A stretch of 64,000 nt of DNA from Sulfolobaceae archaeon (GCA_038893355.1 JAWARQ010000005.1:113361-177360); one strand, 5' to 3'; counted from the stretch's first letter, positions 12,689 through 25,205 are shown. Numbers and translations: made by a program. The notes: generated from the sequence alone by a model not told the origin.

Positions 12689-13218
12689 ATTACTGTTTTT
12701 CATTAACGGAAGAACTAAGAAAAAGTCTTGCAAAACCGTTTGGTATTTTGATTAATAATAGTTATAAATTATTAAATATTTTAGTAAAATTATTTGAGAA
12801 TAATAAAAATTTGAGAATAATAAGCATAGGGGATGTTACTACTGAAACTTTATTAAAATTGAACGTATTGCCCTTTCTAGCAATAATTGATGGTAAGACA
12901 AAGAGAAATTTTATTAGAACTATAAGTTATGAGGATAAATTTCAAGTGATCAGAATAAGAAATGAGGCAGGGGTAATTAGATATACTGCATTACAAACAA
13001 TTAAAAAATTATTACAAGAAAATAAACAAGGAAATTATTTATTACTAGTCGATGGGGAAGAGGACTTACTTACCATTCCAGTTATATTATACTCAAACGT
13101 AAATGATGTAATATTATATGGACAACCTAATGCAGGAGTAGTGGTCATTAAACCAAATGAAATAATTACATGGATTGCATTTAATATCATAAGTAAAATG
13201 ATAACTAAATTATGTTAA
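12685..13218 (+). CDS. GTP-dependent dephospho-CoA kinase (DUF359); probable ATA start
   Basis: IGDVTT, IIDGKTKR, DGEEDLL, YGQP. Family-type segment ELRKSLAKPFG lies upstream of the first TTG (12748). Confidence 0.8.
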   Translation: MDYCFSLTEELRKSLAKPFGILINNSYKLLNILVKLFENNKNLRIISIGDVTTETLLKLNVLPFLAIIDGKTKRNFIRTISYEDKFQVIRIRNEAGVIRYTALQTIKKLLQENKQGNYLLLVDGEEDLLTIPVILYSNVNDVILYGQPNAGVVVIKPNEIITWIAFNIISKMITKLC

Positions 13219-13227
13219 AAAATTTAA

Positions 13228-13281
13228 TATCAGACCTGCGCGGGTTCTTCACAAATAAGGCCTTTCGAGCTTCATCATGCA
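13228..13281 (-). ncRNA. Box C/D sRNA (predicted tRNA guide)
   Basis: Minus strand: ATGATGA-AGCTCGAAAGGC-CTTA-TTT-GTGAAGA-ACCCGCGCAGGT-CTGA; two 12-nt guides; C box contains the apgM stop. Confidence 0.85.
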
Positions 13282-14521
13282 CCAAATTTTGATGCTCTGT
13301 TGGAATAGTTTAACATTATATTAATTAAATTTAATCCTACTAGTCTTAATGAACCCCGTCTCACTTCTCTTTCATTAAAGTCGCTTATATTATCTGGAAT
13401 TATACTATTATCTGGGATATAAATGAGTATGGGCACAGGATCGCCAGTGTGCTCCCTTAAATCTACCGGGGTAGAATGATCGCCAGTAAATACTAATATA
13501 AACTCATCACTACCTAGTTTATCAAATATGTACCCAATTGCCTTATCTATCATCTCGATAGCATATACCTTGCCTTTAGCATTACCATCATGTGAGGCAG
13601 AATCTGTAGCTTTATAATGAATAAAAACAAAATCGTAATCTTTCTTAAGAAAGTCAATTGCAGCATCTGCCTTTGCTAGATAATTCGTATTTAAACCCCC
13701 AGTAGCACCTTCTGGGGTCACTACCTTTAATCCTATAGCCTTGCATATTCCTTTGATTAATGCAGTAGCACTTATTGCTGCACCATTAAGTTGTGTATAA
13801 GTTTTAAATTCTGGTAGAGGTTCGTACTTTGAAGCACCTCTTAGTAATACTATATTTGCAGGAGGCTTACCCTTTGAAATTCTCTGCTCATTTATTTTGG
13901 ACTTAGATAAAATGTCATATATAGCAAATGTTAACTTGTTAATTATATTGGAAGTTTTTATACTTTGAATTGAATTATCTAATGGTTTACTTTCACTAAC
14001 TTTCTTACCTACTTCATGAGGATCAGTATCTGACACTTTTTCGCTTAAATCTCTTCCTGATAATACTACCGCAAGTCTATGCTCAGTACCCTTATAGAAC
14101 CTTACCTTTATCCCATCAATTTCTTTTAAATTCTCATTCAATTCTTTAATTAATAATTCAGCCTCTTCCAGATCCCTTCCAGCTCTCCTATCAATAACTA
14201 CTAGATCTTTATCTACAGTAGCAAAATTCCCTCTAAATGCCACATCTCCAAAATCTAACTCTGCACCTGCTCCCAACGCTTCAAACACTCCTCTCCCCTT
14301 ATAATACCTATAAGGATCTAGACCAAAATATGCAAGGTGAGAAGTATCACTACCAGGGACGATACCAGGGGATATTGGATCGATCAATCCGGTTAATGAA
14401 GATTTTAATATTTCCTTAATATTAGGCTTTTCTGCAACTTCTAAAGGTGACCTATCCCCTAACTGCTTTGACTTTCTATCGCCAAGACCATCTGCAATAA
14501 TAAATAAAATTTTATATTTTT

Positions 14522-14525
<4 letters not shown>
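13275..14525 (-). CDS. apgM: 2,3-bisphosphoglycerate-independent phosphoglycerate mutase
   Basis: [35 protein letters not shown]. Confidence 0.95.
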
Positions 14526-16732
<2,207 letters not shown>

Positions 16733-16797
16733 AATTATCTACTACTAGCTAGATTAGAAATCCTTTAAATAAGTCTTTTTATGATATAAACCTTAGA

Positions 16798-19700
16798 GTG
16801 AAGGAATACTCCATACCTTCAATAGTATACTTATCAAGTTGTCCTAATTGTGGTAGTGAAATTAGTTCAGATAGGTTATTTAAAGGTCTAGCATGTGTTA
16901 GATGTCTTAGTGAGGATGAAAAGGAATCAGAATCTATTCTTGATTTAATAAAAAGACTTAAGCAAAATAATAAATTATTATATTTAAATGAATTTAAAGA
17001 AATATTTGAGAAATATAATGAATTTAAAGAAATATTTGAGAAAGTAATTGGCTTTCCGCCATTAAGTATACAAAAAAGTTGGGCTATACGTGCTATACAG
17101 GGAGAAAGCTTTAGTATAATTGATCCTCCTGGTACCGGAAAGACCACTTTCGGACTAGTGATGTCATTATACCTTTCTAAATACTCTGAGAAATCGATAT
17201 TAATATTCCCTACAAAGTCTCTCGTGGAGCAAGCTGTAGATAAATTAAATCAAATGACTAAAAAAATTAATTATAGCCCAAAAATAATATATTATTTCTC
17301 TGGAATCTCTGAAAGTATAAAAGAGGAAGTTAATAAAGCGATAGAAAATAAAGACTTTGATATTTTATTGATAAGCTCGAAATTCGCAATAAATAATAAA
17401 GAAAAATTAAAAGAAATTAATTATAGTTTTCTATTTGTAGATGATGTAGACTCGGTTTTAAAATCTAGTAAGAGTGCGTATAGTATTCTAGAAATAATAG
17501 GATATAATGAAGAAGAAATACGTAAAGCAAAAGAATTTTTGAGGAAGTCATATAGAGAAGATACTGAAGGCCTTAAAGATCTTGATGAAATTAGGAGGGA
17601 GAAGCTTAAGAATAAGATTGTAATATTCTCTTCTTCAACGCTAACTAGAGGAAATCCAGTTATCTCATCTCTTGTAGGATTTAGGCCTGGATCTTCTATT
17701 ATATTTATAAGGAATATAATAGATGCTTACACTAAACTTCCAGAGGATCAAGAAGAGGTTTTTGAAATATTAAGAAAGTTATTGAGGAAGTTAGGGAGCG
17801 GGGGTTTAGTATTTGTTCCGATAGATAAGGGAATAGAATATGCAAAAGAGGTTGAAAGGAAGTTATCCGATGAATTCTCGATAGTTACTATAACCTCAAC
17901 ATCAACTTCAAAAATAGAGAAATTTAAGAGAGGAGAAATAGATCTACTTGTAGGCGTTGCTACACATTATGGTATTTTAGTTAGAGGGTTAGATATTCCA
18001 TGGAGAATATCTTACGCAATATTTCTAGGAATTCCGAAATTTAAATTTAAAATAGGAGAAATAATTAATCCATTATTATTAATTAGATTACTTTCAATAA
18101 TTTCGCTAATTGTAAAAGATGAGAAATTAAACAGATTATTGTTGAATTTAAGGCGTAAGTATAAAAAACTCAGTCCTGCTGCTTTAGCTAATATTGTTAG
18201 GGAATTAAAAGAAGGAAAAATACAAGATGAGTTGATAAATGAGGGAATAAAAGTTCTTTATGAATATCTCACAAATAAAGAAATTTTGAAAAAAGTAAGT
18301 CAAATGAATTATTTTGTAATTACTGAAGATAATTATATTCTAACACCCGACTACTTAACTTATATTCAAGCAAGTGGTAGAACCTCTAGACTATTTGGCG
18401 GAAACTTAACAACTGGCTTGTCAATACTATTAGTTGATGATGATAATCTATTTAAAATCTTAACTAATAGATTGAATTTAATATTAGATGAAGTAAAATG
18501 GGAGAAATTAGATTTAGAAAATTATACAATAGGTAACTATAGCTTAGACGAAATTTCTAAGAAATTAAAGGAAGAAAGGGAGGAGATTAAAAAGATAAGA
18601 GAAAGTGGAGAAGTTCAGAGTGTTGCGAGTAAGATAAGGACAGTTCTACTAATAGTAGAATCGCCTACTAAGGCTAAAACGATTTCTAGTTTCTTTACAA
18701 AGCCAACGATTAAAAGAATTGGAAATGTGATAGTGTATGAGACAATTGCTGCAGGTAAGGTATTATTAGTAACTGCAAGTAATGGACATTTATTTGATTT
18801 GACTACAAAGGATATTGGACTTTATGGAATAGAGGTAATTCATAAATCTCCAGATATTATTGAATTCATTCCATATTACAATACTATAAAGAGATGTAGT
18901 AATGGTCATCAATTTACTGAAGAAACTCCAGATAATTCATGCCCGATATGCGGATCAAAAGAAATTTCTAATAAGAGGGATACCATTGAAGTTTTAAAGA
19001 AACTAGCAATAGAGGTTGATGAAATCCTAATAGGAACAGACCCTGATGTTGAGGGCGAGAAGATAGCATGGGATTTATATATGGTTCTTAGGCCATTTAA
19101 TAAGAATATAAAGAGGGCTGAGTTTCATGAGGTTACGAGAAGGGCCATATTAGAGGCAATAAATAATCCTAGAGAAATTAGTATACCTTTAGTTAAATCC
19201 CAAATAGTTAGAAGAGTGGAAGATAGATGGATAGGCTTTAAGCTTTCCGAAAAATTACAAACAGAATTCTGGAGAGAATACTGTACTAAGATCTCTAAAG
19301 ATGCCATTAATGAATGTAAGGAGATTAATAGAAATTTAAGTGCAGGAAGGGTTCAAACACCAGTATTAGGGTGGGTGATTAAAAGATATATTGATTATAG
19401 GTCTACATTATCAACATATTATATAATATCATTAGAAAATAGTGGAATTCCATTCAAGGTTATAGTACCAAAGCAAAAAGGTTTAAGGAAAGGAAGCAAG
19501 GTTACGATAGAAATAAAGGATCTGCAGATAGTAACAGAAGACATTACACCACTACCACCTTATACTACTGATACATTACTTCAAGATTCATCGAATTTTT
19601 ACGGAATGTCAGCCATGGAAACTATGAGAATTGCACAAGACCTATTTGAATTAGGTCTAATAACCTATCATAGAACTGACAGTACAAGAATTTCTAATGT

Positions 19701-20520
19701 GGGTATAGGAGTTGCTGAACAGTATTTAAGACAATTATTGGGTGAAGGGTATAAGAAGATATTTAGACCAAGAACTTGGGGAGAAGGTGGAGCTCATGAG
19801 GCGATTAGACCAACTAGGCCTATTGATTCAAATCAATTAAGAATCTTAGTCGAGAATGGTGAGTTAGAACTTGCTAGGGAGCTAACGTTTAATCATTATA
19901 AAATTTATGATTTAATATTTAGAAGATTCATTACGAGCCAACTATCTAAACTTAAAATATATAAAGAAAAAATTGAAATTAATATAATCACTGAAAAAGA
20001 TAATATCATACAACCAGAACAGAATCCTATTGAAATTCCAGTTAAAGTTGAAATTGAAGGATTTGAGAATATATTACATGATAAAATATATTTAAATAAA
20101 AAACTGTCTGCACCAATTTCTGAATATATTAATAAGCAATGTTCAAAATTACCTTGTATTGTTGAAGGTATTATTACCACATCTTTCAAAAGGAGTAAGT
20201 ATCAATTATATACTCAAGGTGAGCTAATTCAAGAAATGAAGGTGAGAGGGATAGGAAGACCAAGTACTTATGCTACAATAGTTTCTACATTACTAAAGAG
20301 AGGTTATGTAATAGAGACAAAAGCCCTTAAGAAAATGATCCCAACAGTGTTAGGAATTAATGTATATGAATACCTTACTAAAAATGAGAAATATAGTGAA
20401 TTAGTTGCTGAAGAAAGAACTAAAAAATTACTCGAATTGATGGATGATGTGGAGAAAGGAAAAGAAGATTACTTAAATGTGCTTAAACGATTATATATGG
20501 AAATAAGTAAAATAGAGTGA
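16798..20520 (+). CDS. rgy: Reverse gyrase
   Basis: N-terminal Zn finger, PGTGKTT, DDVD, YIQASGRTSR, VESPTKA, TDPDVEGE, ITYHRTDS. Confidence 0.97.
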   Translation: MKEYSIPSIVYLSSCPNCGSEISSDRLFKGLACVRCLSEDEKESESILDLIKRLKQNNKLLYLNEFKEIFEKYNEFKEIFEKVIGFPPLSIQKSWAIRAIQGESFSIIDPPGTGKTTFGLVMSLYLSKYSEKSILIFPTKSLVEQAVDKLNQMTKKINYSPKIIYYFSGISESIKEEVNKAIENKDFDILLISSKFAINNKEKLKEINYSFLFVDDVDSVLKSSKSAYSILEIIGYNEEEIRKAKEFLRKSYREDTEGLKDLDEIRREKLKNKIVIFSSSTLTRGNPVISSLVGFRPGSSIIFIRNIIDAYTKLPEDQEEVFEILRKLLRKLGSGGLVFVPIDKGIEYAKEVERKLSDEFSIVTITSTSTSKIEKFKRGEIDLLVGVATHYGILVRGLDIPWRISYAIFLGIPKFKFKIGEIINPLLLIRLLSIISLIVKDEKLNRLLLNLRRKYKKLSPAALANIVRELKEGKIQDELINEGIKVLYEYLTNKEILKKVSQMNYFVITEDNYILTPDYLTYIQASGRTSRLFGGNLTTGLSILLVDDDNLFKILTNRLNLILDEVKWEKLDLENYTIGNYSLDEISKKLKEEREEIKKIRESGEVQSVASKIRTVLLIVESPTKAKTISSFFTKPTIKRIGNVIVYETIAAGKVLLVTASNGHLFDLTTKDIGLYGIEVIHKSPDIIEFIPYYNTIKRCSNGHQFTEETPDNSCPICGSKEISNKRDTIEVLKKLAIEVDEILIGTDPDVEGEKIAWDLYMVLRPFNKNIKRAEFHEVTRRAILEAINNPREISIPLVKSQIVRRVEDRWIGFKLSEKLQTEFWREYCTKISKDAINECKEINRNLSAGRVQTPVLGWVIKRYIDYRSTLSTYYIISLENSGIPFKVIVPKQKGLRKGSKVTIEIKDLQIVTEDITPLPPYTTDTLLQDSSNFYGMSAMETMRIAQDLFELGLITYHRTDSTRISNVGIGVAEQYLRQLLGEGYKKIFRPRTWGEGGAHEAIRPTRPIDSNQLRILVENGELELARELTFNHYKIYDLIFRRFITSQLSKLKIYKEKIEINIITEKDNIIQPEQNPIEIPVKVEIEGFENILHDKIYLNKKLSAPISEYINKQCSKLPCIVEGIITTSFKRSKYQLYTQGELIQEMKVRGIGRPSTYATIVSTLLKRGYVIETKALKKMIPTVLGINVYEYLTKNEKYSELVAEERTKKLLELMDDVEKGKEDYLNVLKRLYMEISKIE
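16987..17043 (+). repeat. 27-nt direct repeat, 30-nt period, in frame within rgy
   Basis: AATGAATTTAAAGAAATATTTGAGAAA twice (NEFKEIFEK x2). Confidence 0.9.
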
Positions 20521-21386
20521 TAACAGTGCTAATAGCAGTATTACATTTACGTTTAAGGGAAATGTCTAAGAAGTATAACCTAGAAAAGGCTAAAAAACTT
20601 ATAAAACAATCTAGAGAAAGAGGTGCTAAGTTAGTTATATTACCATCCTTATTTCCGTTTGGAAATCTTTTAGGAATTTATGATAATGAAAAGAGATTAA
20701 GAAGCATTGTAAAAAATCTTGCAGAGAAAATTCCATCAAGTAGTAGTGATACGATTGTAAATTTAGCTACAGAAGCGGAAGTTCATGTTATATCAGGACC
20801 TATATTGGAACAAGCTGGCCCTAAAATATTTTTAACGACTTTAATAGTTTCACCGCAAGGTGAGATAATAGGAAAATATAGGAAAATTGCTGTTACGGAA
20901 AGGGAAATTAGACTTGGAATTGCGTCTGGAAAAGAGCCCGTAAATATTTTACTCGATAGAAAATATGGTTTAATATCTGAAGAAGATTTATTCTCGCCAG
21001 AAATAAATAGATTATTAGCGTTAAGCGGCTCAAATATAATAATAAGTACTATGAAACCATTAAGTAGAAAACATGATATTGTAAAATACTTTAGTATAGC
21101 TAGGACTATAGAAAATGGCATTCCTTATATAATAGCTGGTGGGATAATAGAGAATGAGCAAGGAGATATGATAGGTTACTCTCCAACATTAGTTGCAGAA
21201 CCAGATTCATTAATTTATAAAGAAGCAGAAGATGATGATTCAATCGTATATGTAGAGAGTAGTGTCTTAACACAATCAAAAAATCAAGATAGAGAGTTAC
21301 ATCAATTATCTACTGTAATATCTGGTTTATGTAAGAATTATAAAAAAATAAAGTCTGAGAAAGAAAATCATGAAGAGGCTACATAG
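20517..21386 (+). CDS. Carbon-nitrogen hydrolase (nitrilase) fold protein with degenerate active site
   Basis: GAKLVILPSLF, GKYRKI, ARTIENG; GTGA overlap with the rgy stop. Confidence 0.8.
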   Translation: MITVLIAVLHLRLREMSKKYNLEKAKKLIKQSRERGAKLVILPSLFPFGNLLGIYDNEKRLRSIVKNLAEKIPSSSSDTIVNLATEAEVHVISGPILEQAGPKIFLTTLIVSPQGEIIGKYRKIAVTEREIRLGIASGKEPVNILLDRKYGLISEEDLFSPEINRLLALSGSNIIISTMKPLSRKHDIVKYFSIARTIENGIPYIIAGGIIENEQGDMIGYSPTLVAEPDSLIYKEAEDDDSIVYVESSVLTQSKNQDRELHQLSTVISGLCKNYKKIKSEKENHEEAT

Positions 21387-21697
21387 AGTGCTACTCTTCT
21401 ATTTTTAGATACTAATTTAATATTTCCTTGTCTTTCTAACTCCTCTAATATCTTTTTAGAAACACTTATTGTAACTCCTAATTTAGTGGATAGGGTATAT
21501 GGAGTAACTATTTTTTCCTTCTTCAACTCTTCCTCAACTTTCTTTATAGTCTCTTTATCAACATATACTACATTACTTATTACCTCTTTCCCAGTCTTAC
21601 TAACTTGCCTTTTAGCTGTTTTCTTCTGTTGTTCTTCAGCCATTCTTTTTTGTCTTTTCTCCATTGTTGATATTGGTTTCTTAGTCGCACCGCCCAT
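21368..21697 (-). CDS. rps25e: 30S ribosomal protein eS25
   Basis: MGGATKKPIS, VTPYTLS, ISVSKKILEEL. Confidence 0.93.
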   Translation of the reverse strand: MGGATKKPISTMEKRQKRMAEEQQKKTAKRQVSKTGKEVISNVVYVDKETIKKVEEELKKEKIVTPYTLSTKLGVTISVSKKILEELERQGNIKLVSKNRRVALYVASS

Positions 21698-21744
21698 TAT
21701 AACACCTAATAATTCATATATTCCATAATTAGATTTAAAGATTA

Positions 21745-22500
21745 ATGAAAAATCTTGCAGTTGAAGACTTGATAAATAAGGTTTCTAGATTTTCTAGCAT
21801 TCTCGGAATCTCTAGGAGTGAGTTAAAAGTTTATTCACTTTTACTACTTTATGGAAGGATGACAGCTAAAGAATTGGCTAATAAAATGAATATTTCATAC
21901 AATAAAATTTATCCTATTTTATTAAAACTAGAAGTTAGAGGATGGATAAGAAGAATTGGCTCAAAGCCTGCATCTTTTGAAGCAATCGATTTGAGAGAGG
22001 TATGGAGTAATATAAAAATACTCATTCAAGAAAAAGTTGAGCAGTTTGAGAAAGAATTTATAGAGCCTCTAGCATCAATGCTATCTACTTCTTCAACCTT
22101 TAACATAATAATTATACCACAAAATAAGCTAATAGATACTATAATTCAAATGCTTAATACTTCTTCCTCTAAATATTTAATTGCAATTTCATATAAGGAA
22201 TTATGCAAAAAAGAAATACTAGATAGTATTAATGCACTAGGATTAAATAAAGAAGTTAAAATAATTCTTAATAAAGAAGTTTCTTCACAATTTTCTAGCA
22301 CTAGTATTAAGCCTAGATACATGGATTCTATATTTGGTAGTGGAATTATAACTGATGATGGAGTACTTCTTATAGTAAAACAGCATAATGATCTTTCTGG
22401 AATTTATTCTAATCATAGATATTTAGTAGAAATTGCTAGAGTTTATTTTGAGTACTTATGGAATAAGTCTTCTCCTTCTATTACAACGAATCAAGACTAA
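21745..22500 (+). CDS. TrmB-family transcriptional regulator
   Basis: LGISRSELKVYSLLL...KIYPILLKLEVRGW wHTH plus C-terminal effector domain. Confidence 0.85.
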   Translation: MKNLAVEDLINKVSRFSSILGISRSELKVYSLLLLYGRMTAKELANKMNISYNKIYPILLKLEVRGWIRRIGSKPASFEAIDLREVWSNIKILIQEKVEQFEKEFIEPLASMLSTSSTFNIIIIPQNKLIDTIIQMLNTSSSKYLIAISYKELCKKEILDSINALGLNKEVKIILNKEVSSQFSSTSIKPRYMDSIFGSGIITDDGVLLIVKQHNDLSGIYSNHRYLVEIARVYFEYLWNKSSPSITTNQD

Positions 22501-22566
22501 CAAAGTATTTTTACTAGGCGGATAACTTTATAAGAGATAAAAGTAACAAGTTTAGTTTCGATTATT

Positions 22567-22722
22567 ATGAAAATAGTAACAGTTAAATTACCAGAAAAGT
22601 TACTTGAAGCATTAGATGAATTAGTAGTAACTGGAAAATTTAGTTCAAGAAGTGAAGTTATAAGAGCAGCATTAAGTGAATTTATTAGTAAGGAACTATG
22701 GCTAGAAAAAGTAGAAACATGA
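22567..22722 (+). CDS. Ribbon-helix-helix regulator (CopG/CdrS-like), 51 aa
   Basis: [51 protein letters not shown]; TTTATAA box upstream at ~22527; below the ORF-track length cutoff. Confidence 0.9.
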   Translation: MKIVTVKLPEKLLEALDELVVTGKFSSRSEVIRAALSEFISKELWLEKVET

Positions 22723-22770
22723 TGAAGGCTGGTATTTCTGAATTAGGATGAAAGACACCAGAACTGATTT
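22716..22770 (+). ncRNA. Box C/D sRNA, double guide for 16S helix 18
   Basis: ATGATGA-AGGCTGGTATTT-CTGA-ATT-AGGATGA-AAGACACCAGAA-CTGA followed by a T-run. Confidence 0.92.
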
Positions 22771-22799
22771 TTTGAATTTAAATTCTATTTTCTATAATA

Positions 22800-23564
22800 A
22801 TGTTAAAGGAAGGCGATGTTGTAGTAATTTGGATAGATTATAGAAGAGTATATTTAGTAAGACTTAAAAGTGGAAAAATTTTTGGTAGTGATAAAGGCGC
22901 AATACCACATGATAAGATAATTGGATTAGAGTATGGTTCAGAGATAACTTTATCCACTGGAGTTAAAGCCTATATACTTAGACCTAATCCTCTATATGCC
23001 TATTATGGGCTTAAAAGACCTTCTCAAGTATTGTATCCTAAAGATATTTCCTACATTATCTATACATCAAGTATAGGACCAGGTAGTGTAGTGGTCGAAG
23101 CTGGTACTGGCTCGGGATTTTTAACAATAGCGCTAGCAAGTTATGTAGGGGATAGTGGGAAAGTATATACTTATGAGATTAGAAAGGATATGCAAGATAT
23201 AGCTAAATATAATGTAGAGATTATGGGTTTAAGTAATAGAGTTGTATTTAAATTGAAAGATATAAAAGAGGGTATCGATGAGATGGATGTAGATGCTGTA
23301 ATATTAGATCTTCCAGATCCATGGGAAGTAGTAAATAACGCATTTAAAGTACTAAAGCCCTCTTCTGCTCTTATAGCATTTGTACCCACTGTAAATCAAT
23401 TAGAAAAAACATATTTAGCATTGCAAAAAAGTGGTTTTATAGATATTCATGCAGAGGAATTAATTCTTAGAGAGTATCAAGTTAAAGAAGGAGCTACAAG
23501 GCCAAAAAATACACAAGTGGTACACACTGGGTATATAATTAGGGGCAGAAAACCATTAAAGTAA
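22800..23564 (+). CDS. trmI: tRNA (adenine-N1, A57/58) methyltransferase
   Basis: [28 protein letters not shown]. Confidence 0.93.
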   Translation: MLKEGDVVVIWIDYRRVYLVRLKSGKIFGSDKGAIPHDKIIGLEYGSEITLSTGVKAYILRPNPLYAYYGLKRPSQVLYPKDISYIIYTSSIGPGSVVVEAGTGSGFLTIALASYVGDSGKVYTYEIRKDMQDIAKYNVEIMGLSNRVVFKLKDIKEGIDEMDVDAVILDLPDPWEVVNNAFKVLKPSSALIAFVPTVNQLEKTYLALQKSGFIDIHAEELILREYQVKEGATRPKNTQVVHTGYIIRGRKPLK

Positions 23565-23580
23565 TTCCTATAATACTAAG

Positions 23581-23916
23581 ATGATGAGTGAAGATAAATT
23601 TAGCGTTTATTCTAAAAAGGTAATTATATTTGAAGAAGAGATAAAAAGGATTAAGAAAGAAGCAGCTGAGGATAGTAAGAGATTAGTAAGCATAGCACAA
23701 TCGTTTGTAACGGAACTGGAACAAGAGGCAAATAGAACTTTAGAAGAGATAAAATCTAGCATAAATCAAGAAGTAGAAAGAATTACTCAAGAATTGAGAC
23801 AAAATTTTGAAAAGGAAAAAGAAAAGAATATTAAACAAATTCAAGAAAATGCGAAAAAGAACCTAAATAAGGCTGTTGAATTACTCTTGAATGCACTAGA
23901 GGGTGCTTATAAATGA
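23581..23916 (+). CDS. A-type ATP synthase peripheral stalk subunit (H/G)
   Basis: Charged coiled coil ending KAVELLL; coupled to a subunit C-like gene. Confidence 0.65.
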   Translation: MMSEDKFSVYSKKVIIFEEEIKRIKKEAAEDSKRLVSIAQSFVTELEQEANRTLEEIKSSINQEVERITQELRQNFEKEKEKNIKQIQENAKKNLNKAVELLLNALEGAYK

Positions 23917-24881
23917 GTACTTCAATATACGCATATACTACCTCATTAAGTAGAATATTTAAATCACAAATTTCTATAAGTGATATTTTTAATGAATTAA
24001 TAAATGAAAAGGAATTAAGAAATGTAATAAATATTTTAAAGAGTAAGGGGTTTATTTCTGAAGAACCAAAAGATTTAAACGACCTAGAATGGGCAATTAG
24101 AAAAAAAGGTTTAGAGTTAATATCTAAACTCTTAAATTACTCATTATCTTCAAAACTAATAGAAAAATATGCAATGACTTATTTCTATATATTAGCAATA
24201 GAAGAGCTTAGATACGTTGTAAATTCTGTATACAATAACTTAGATATCGATTTTAGGAGGTTTCATATTCTGAATCGATATTTAGATTCACAACCCAGGA
24301 GTCTAGAGGAACTTTCAAGCATATTAAAGGGAACAATTTTTGGTGATGCACTATCTTTTGCACTTTCCAAGGGTTTAAAGGAAATTTCTACTATTCTATC
24401 ATTATTAGATTATTATTTTATATATAATTTAAATAGAATAAATCAAGAACTAAAAGGTGATTTTAGAATTTCTGCAGATCAATTAATATGTGGATACAAA
24501 GATTATTACACATTATTGCTTGCATTTAAGCATAAAATTCAGTTAGATTCAGTATGTAAGTTAAGCTCTGATATTGTAAAAGAAGCCTATTCTGCATCGA
24601 AAATTAGCGAATTAGTGGATATTTTAAAGAGAAGTTATTATTCACAGTATTTAGATTTTTCAGAACCGTATAATACATTAGAATCTATGTATATACTAGC
24701 GAGAATAAATGCTAGGAAAAGAGCTCTCGCTATGTTTATGGGATCGCCGTTTTCACCACTAGCAGCATTTGGAGTTCTAGAGCTAATAAGATTAAACATT
24801 GAGGATTTAATAACAATTGTAAATGGCATAAAGCTAGAAATGCCAGCTGAAAAGATTAGGAAGTTCTTATCGATAGGATAA
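23913..24881 (+). CDS. A/V-type ATP synthase subunit C
   Basis: Helical 322 aa; C-terminal PFSPL...EDLITIVNGIK pattern. Confidence 0.7.
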   Translation: MSTSIYAYTTSLSRIFKSQISISDIFNELINEKELRNVINILKSKGFISEEPKDLNDLEWAIRKKGLELISKLLNYSLSSKLIEKYAMTYFYILAIEELRYVVNSVYNNLDIDFRRFHILNRYLDSQPRSLEELSSILKGTIFGDALSFALSKGLKEISTILSLLDYYFIYNLNRINQELKGDFRISADQLICGYKDYYTLLLAFKHKIQLDSVCKLSSDIVKEAYSASKISELVDILKRSYYSQYLDFSEPYNTLESMYILARINARKRALAMFMGSPFSPLAAFGVLELIRLNIEDLITIVNGIKLEMPAEKIRKFLSIG

Positions 24882-25205
24882 TAATTCTTCAACTAACTTG
24901 TTTTCAACTAAATAAACTTCATTATTCTCAACAATTATAGTTGATTCTGGTATTTTAGGAGGATCAGGCAAGCTTTCTATAGGTTTAGTTTTACCGAGAT
25001 AAATCCACTTAAGTCTTCCTCCAATTCTTTCTAGTCTGTACCAATATTTACCAATATAAATGTATTTCTTATTTTGCTTATACACGGCATGATATGGTTT
25101 TAAGTATACACCAGAACCCCTAATACGAGAATTATATTCATATACTATCTTCTTAAGCTTATCTAAAATTTCTTCAAACTGTTTTTGAGTTAATTTAATT
25201 TGCAT
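24867..25205 (-). CDS. Conserved crenarchaeal hypothetical protein, basic and aromatic-rich
   Basis: YLKPYHAVY, YIYIGKYWY, KWIYLGKTKP. Confidence 0.7.
   Translation of the reverse strand: MQIKLTQKQFEEILDKLKKIVYEYNSRIRGSGVYLKPYHAVYKQNKKYIYIGKYWYRLERIGGRLKWIYLGKTKPIESLPDPPKIPESTIIVENNEVYLVENKLVEELLSYR

Noticed and set aside
23581-24881. ATP synthase subunits separated from the main atp operon
   Set aside because: Dispersed A-ATPase genes are usual in Sulfolobales
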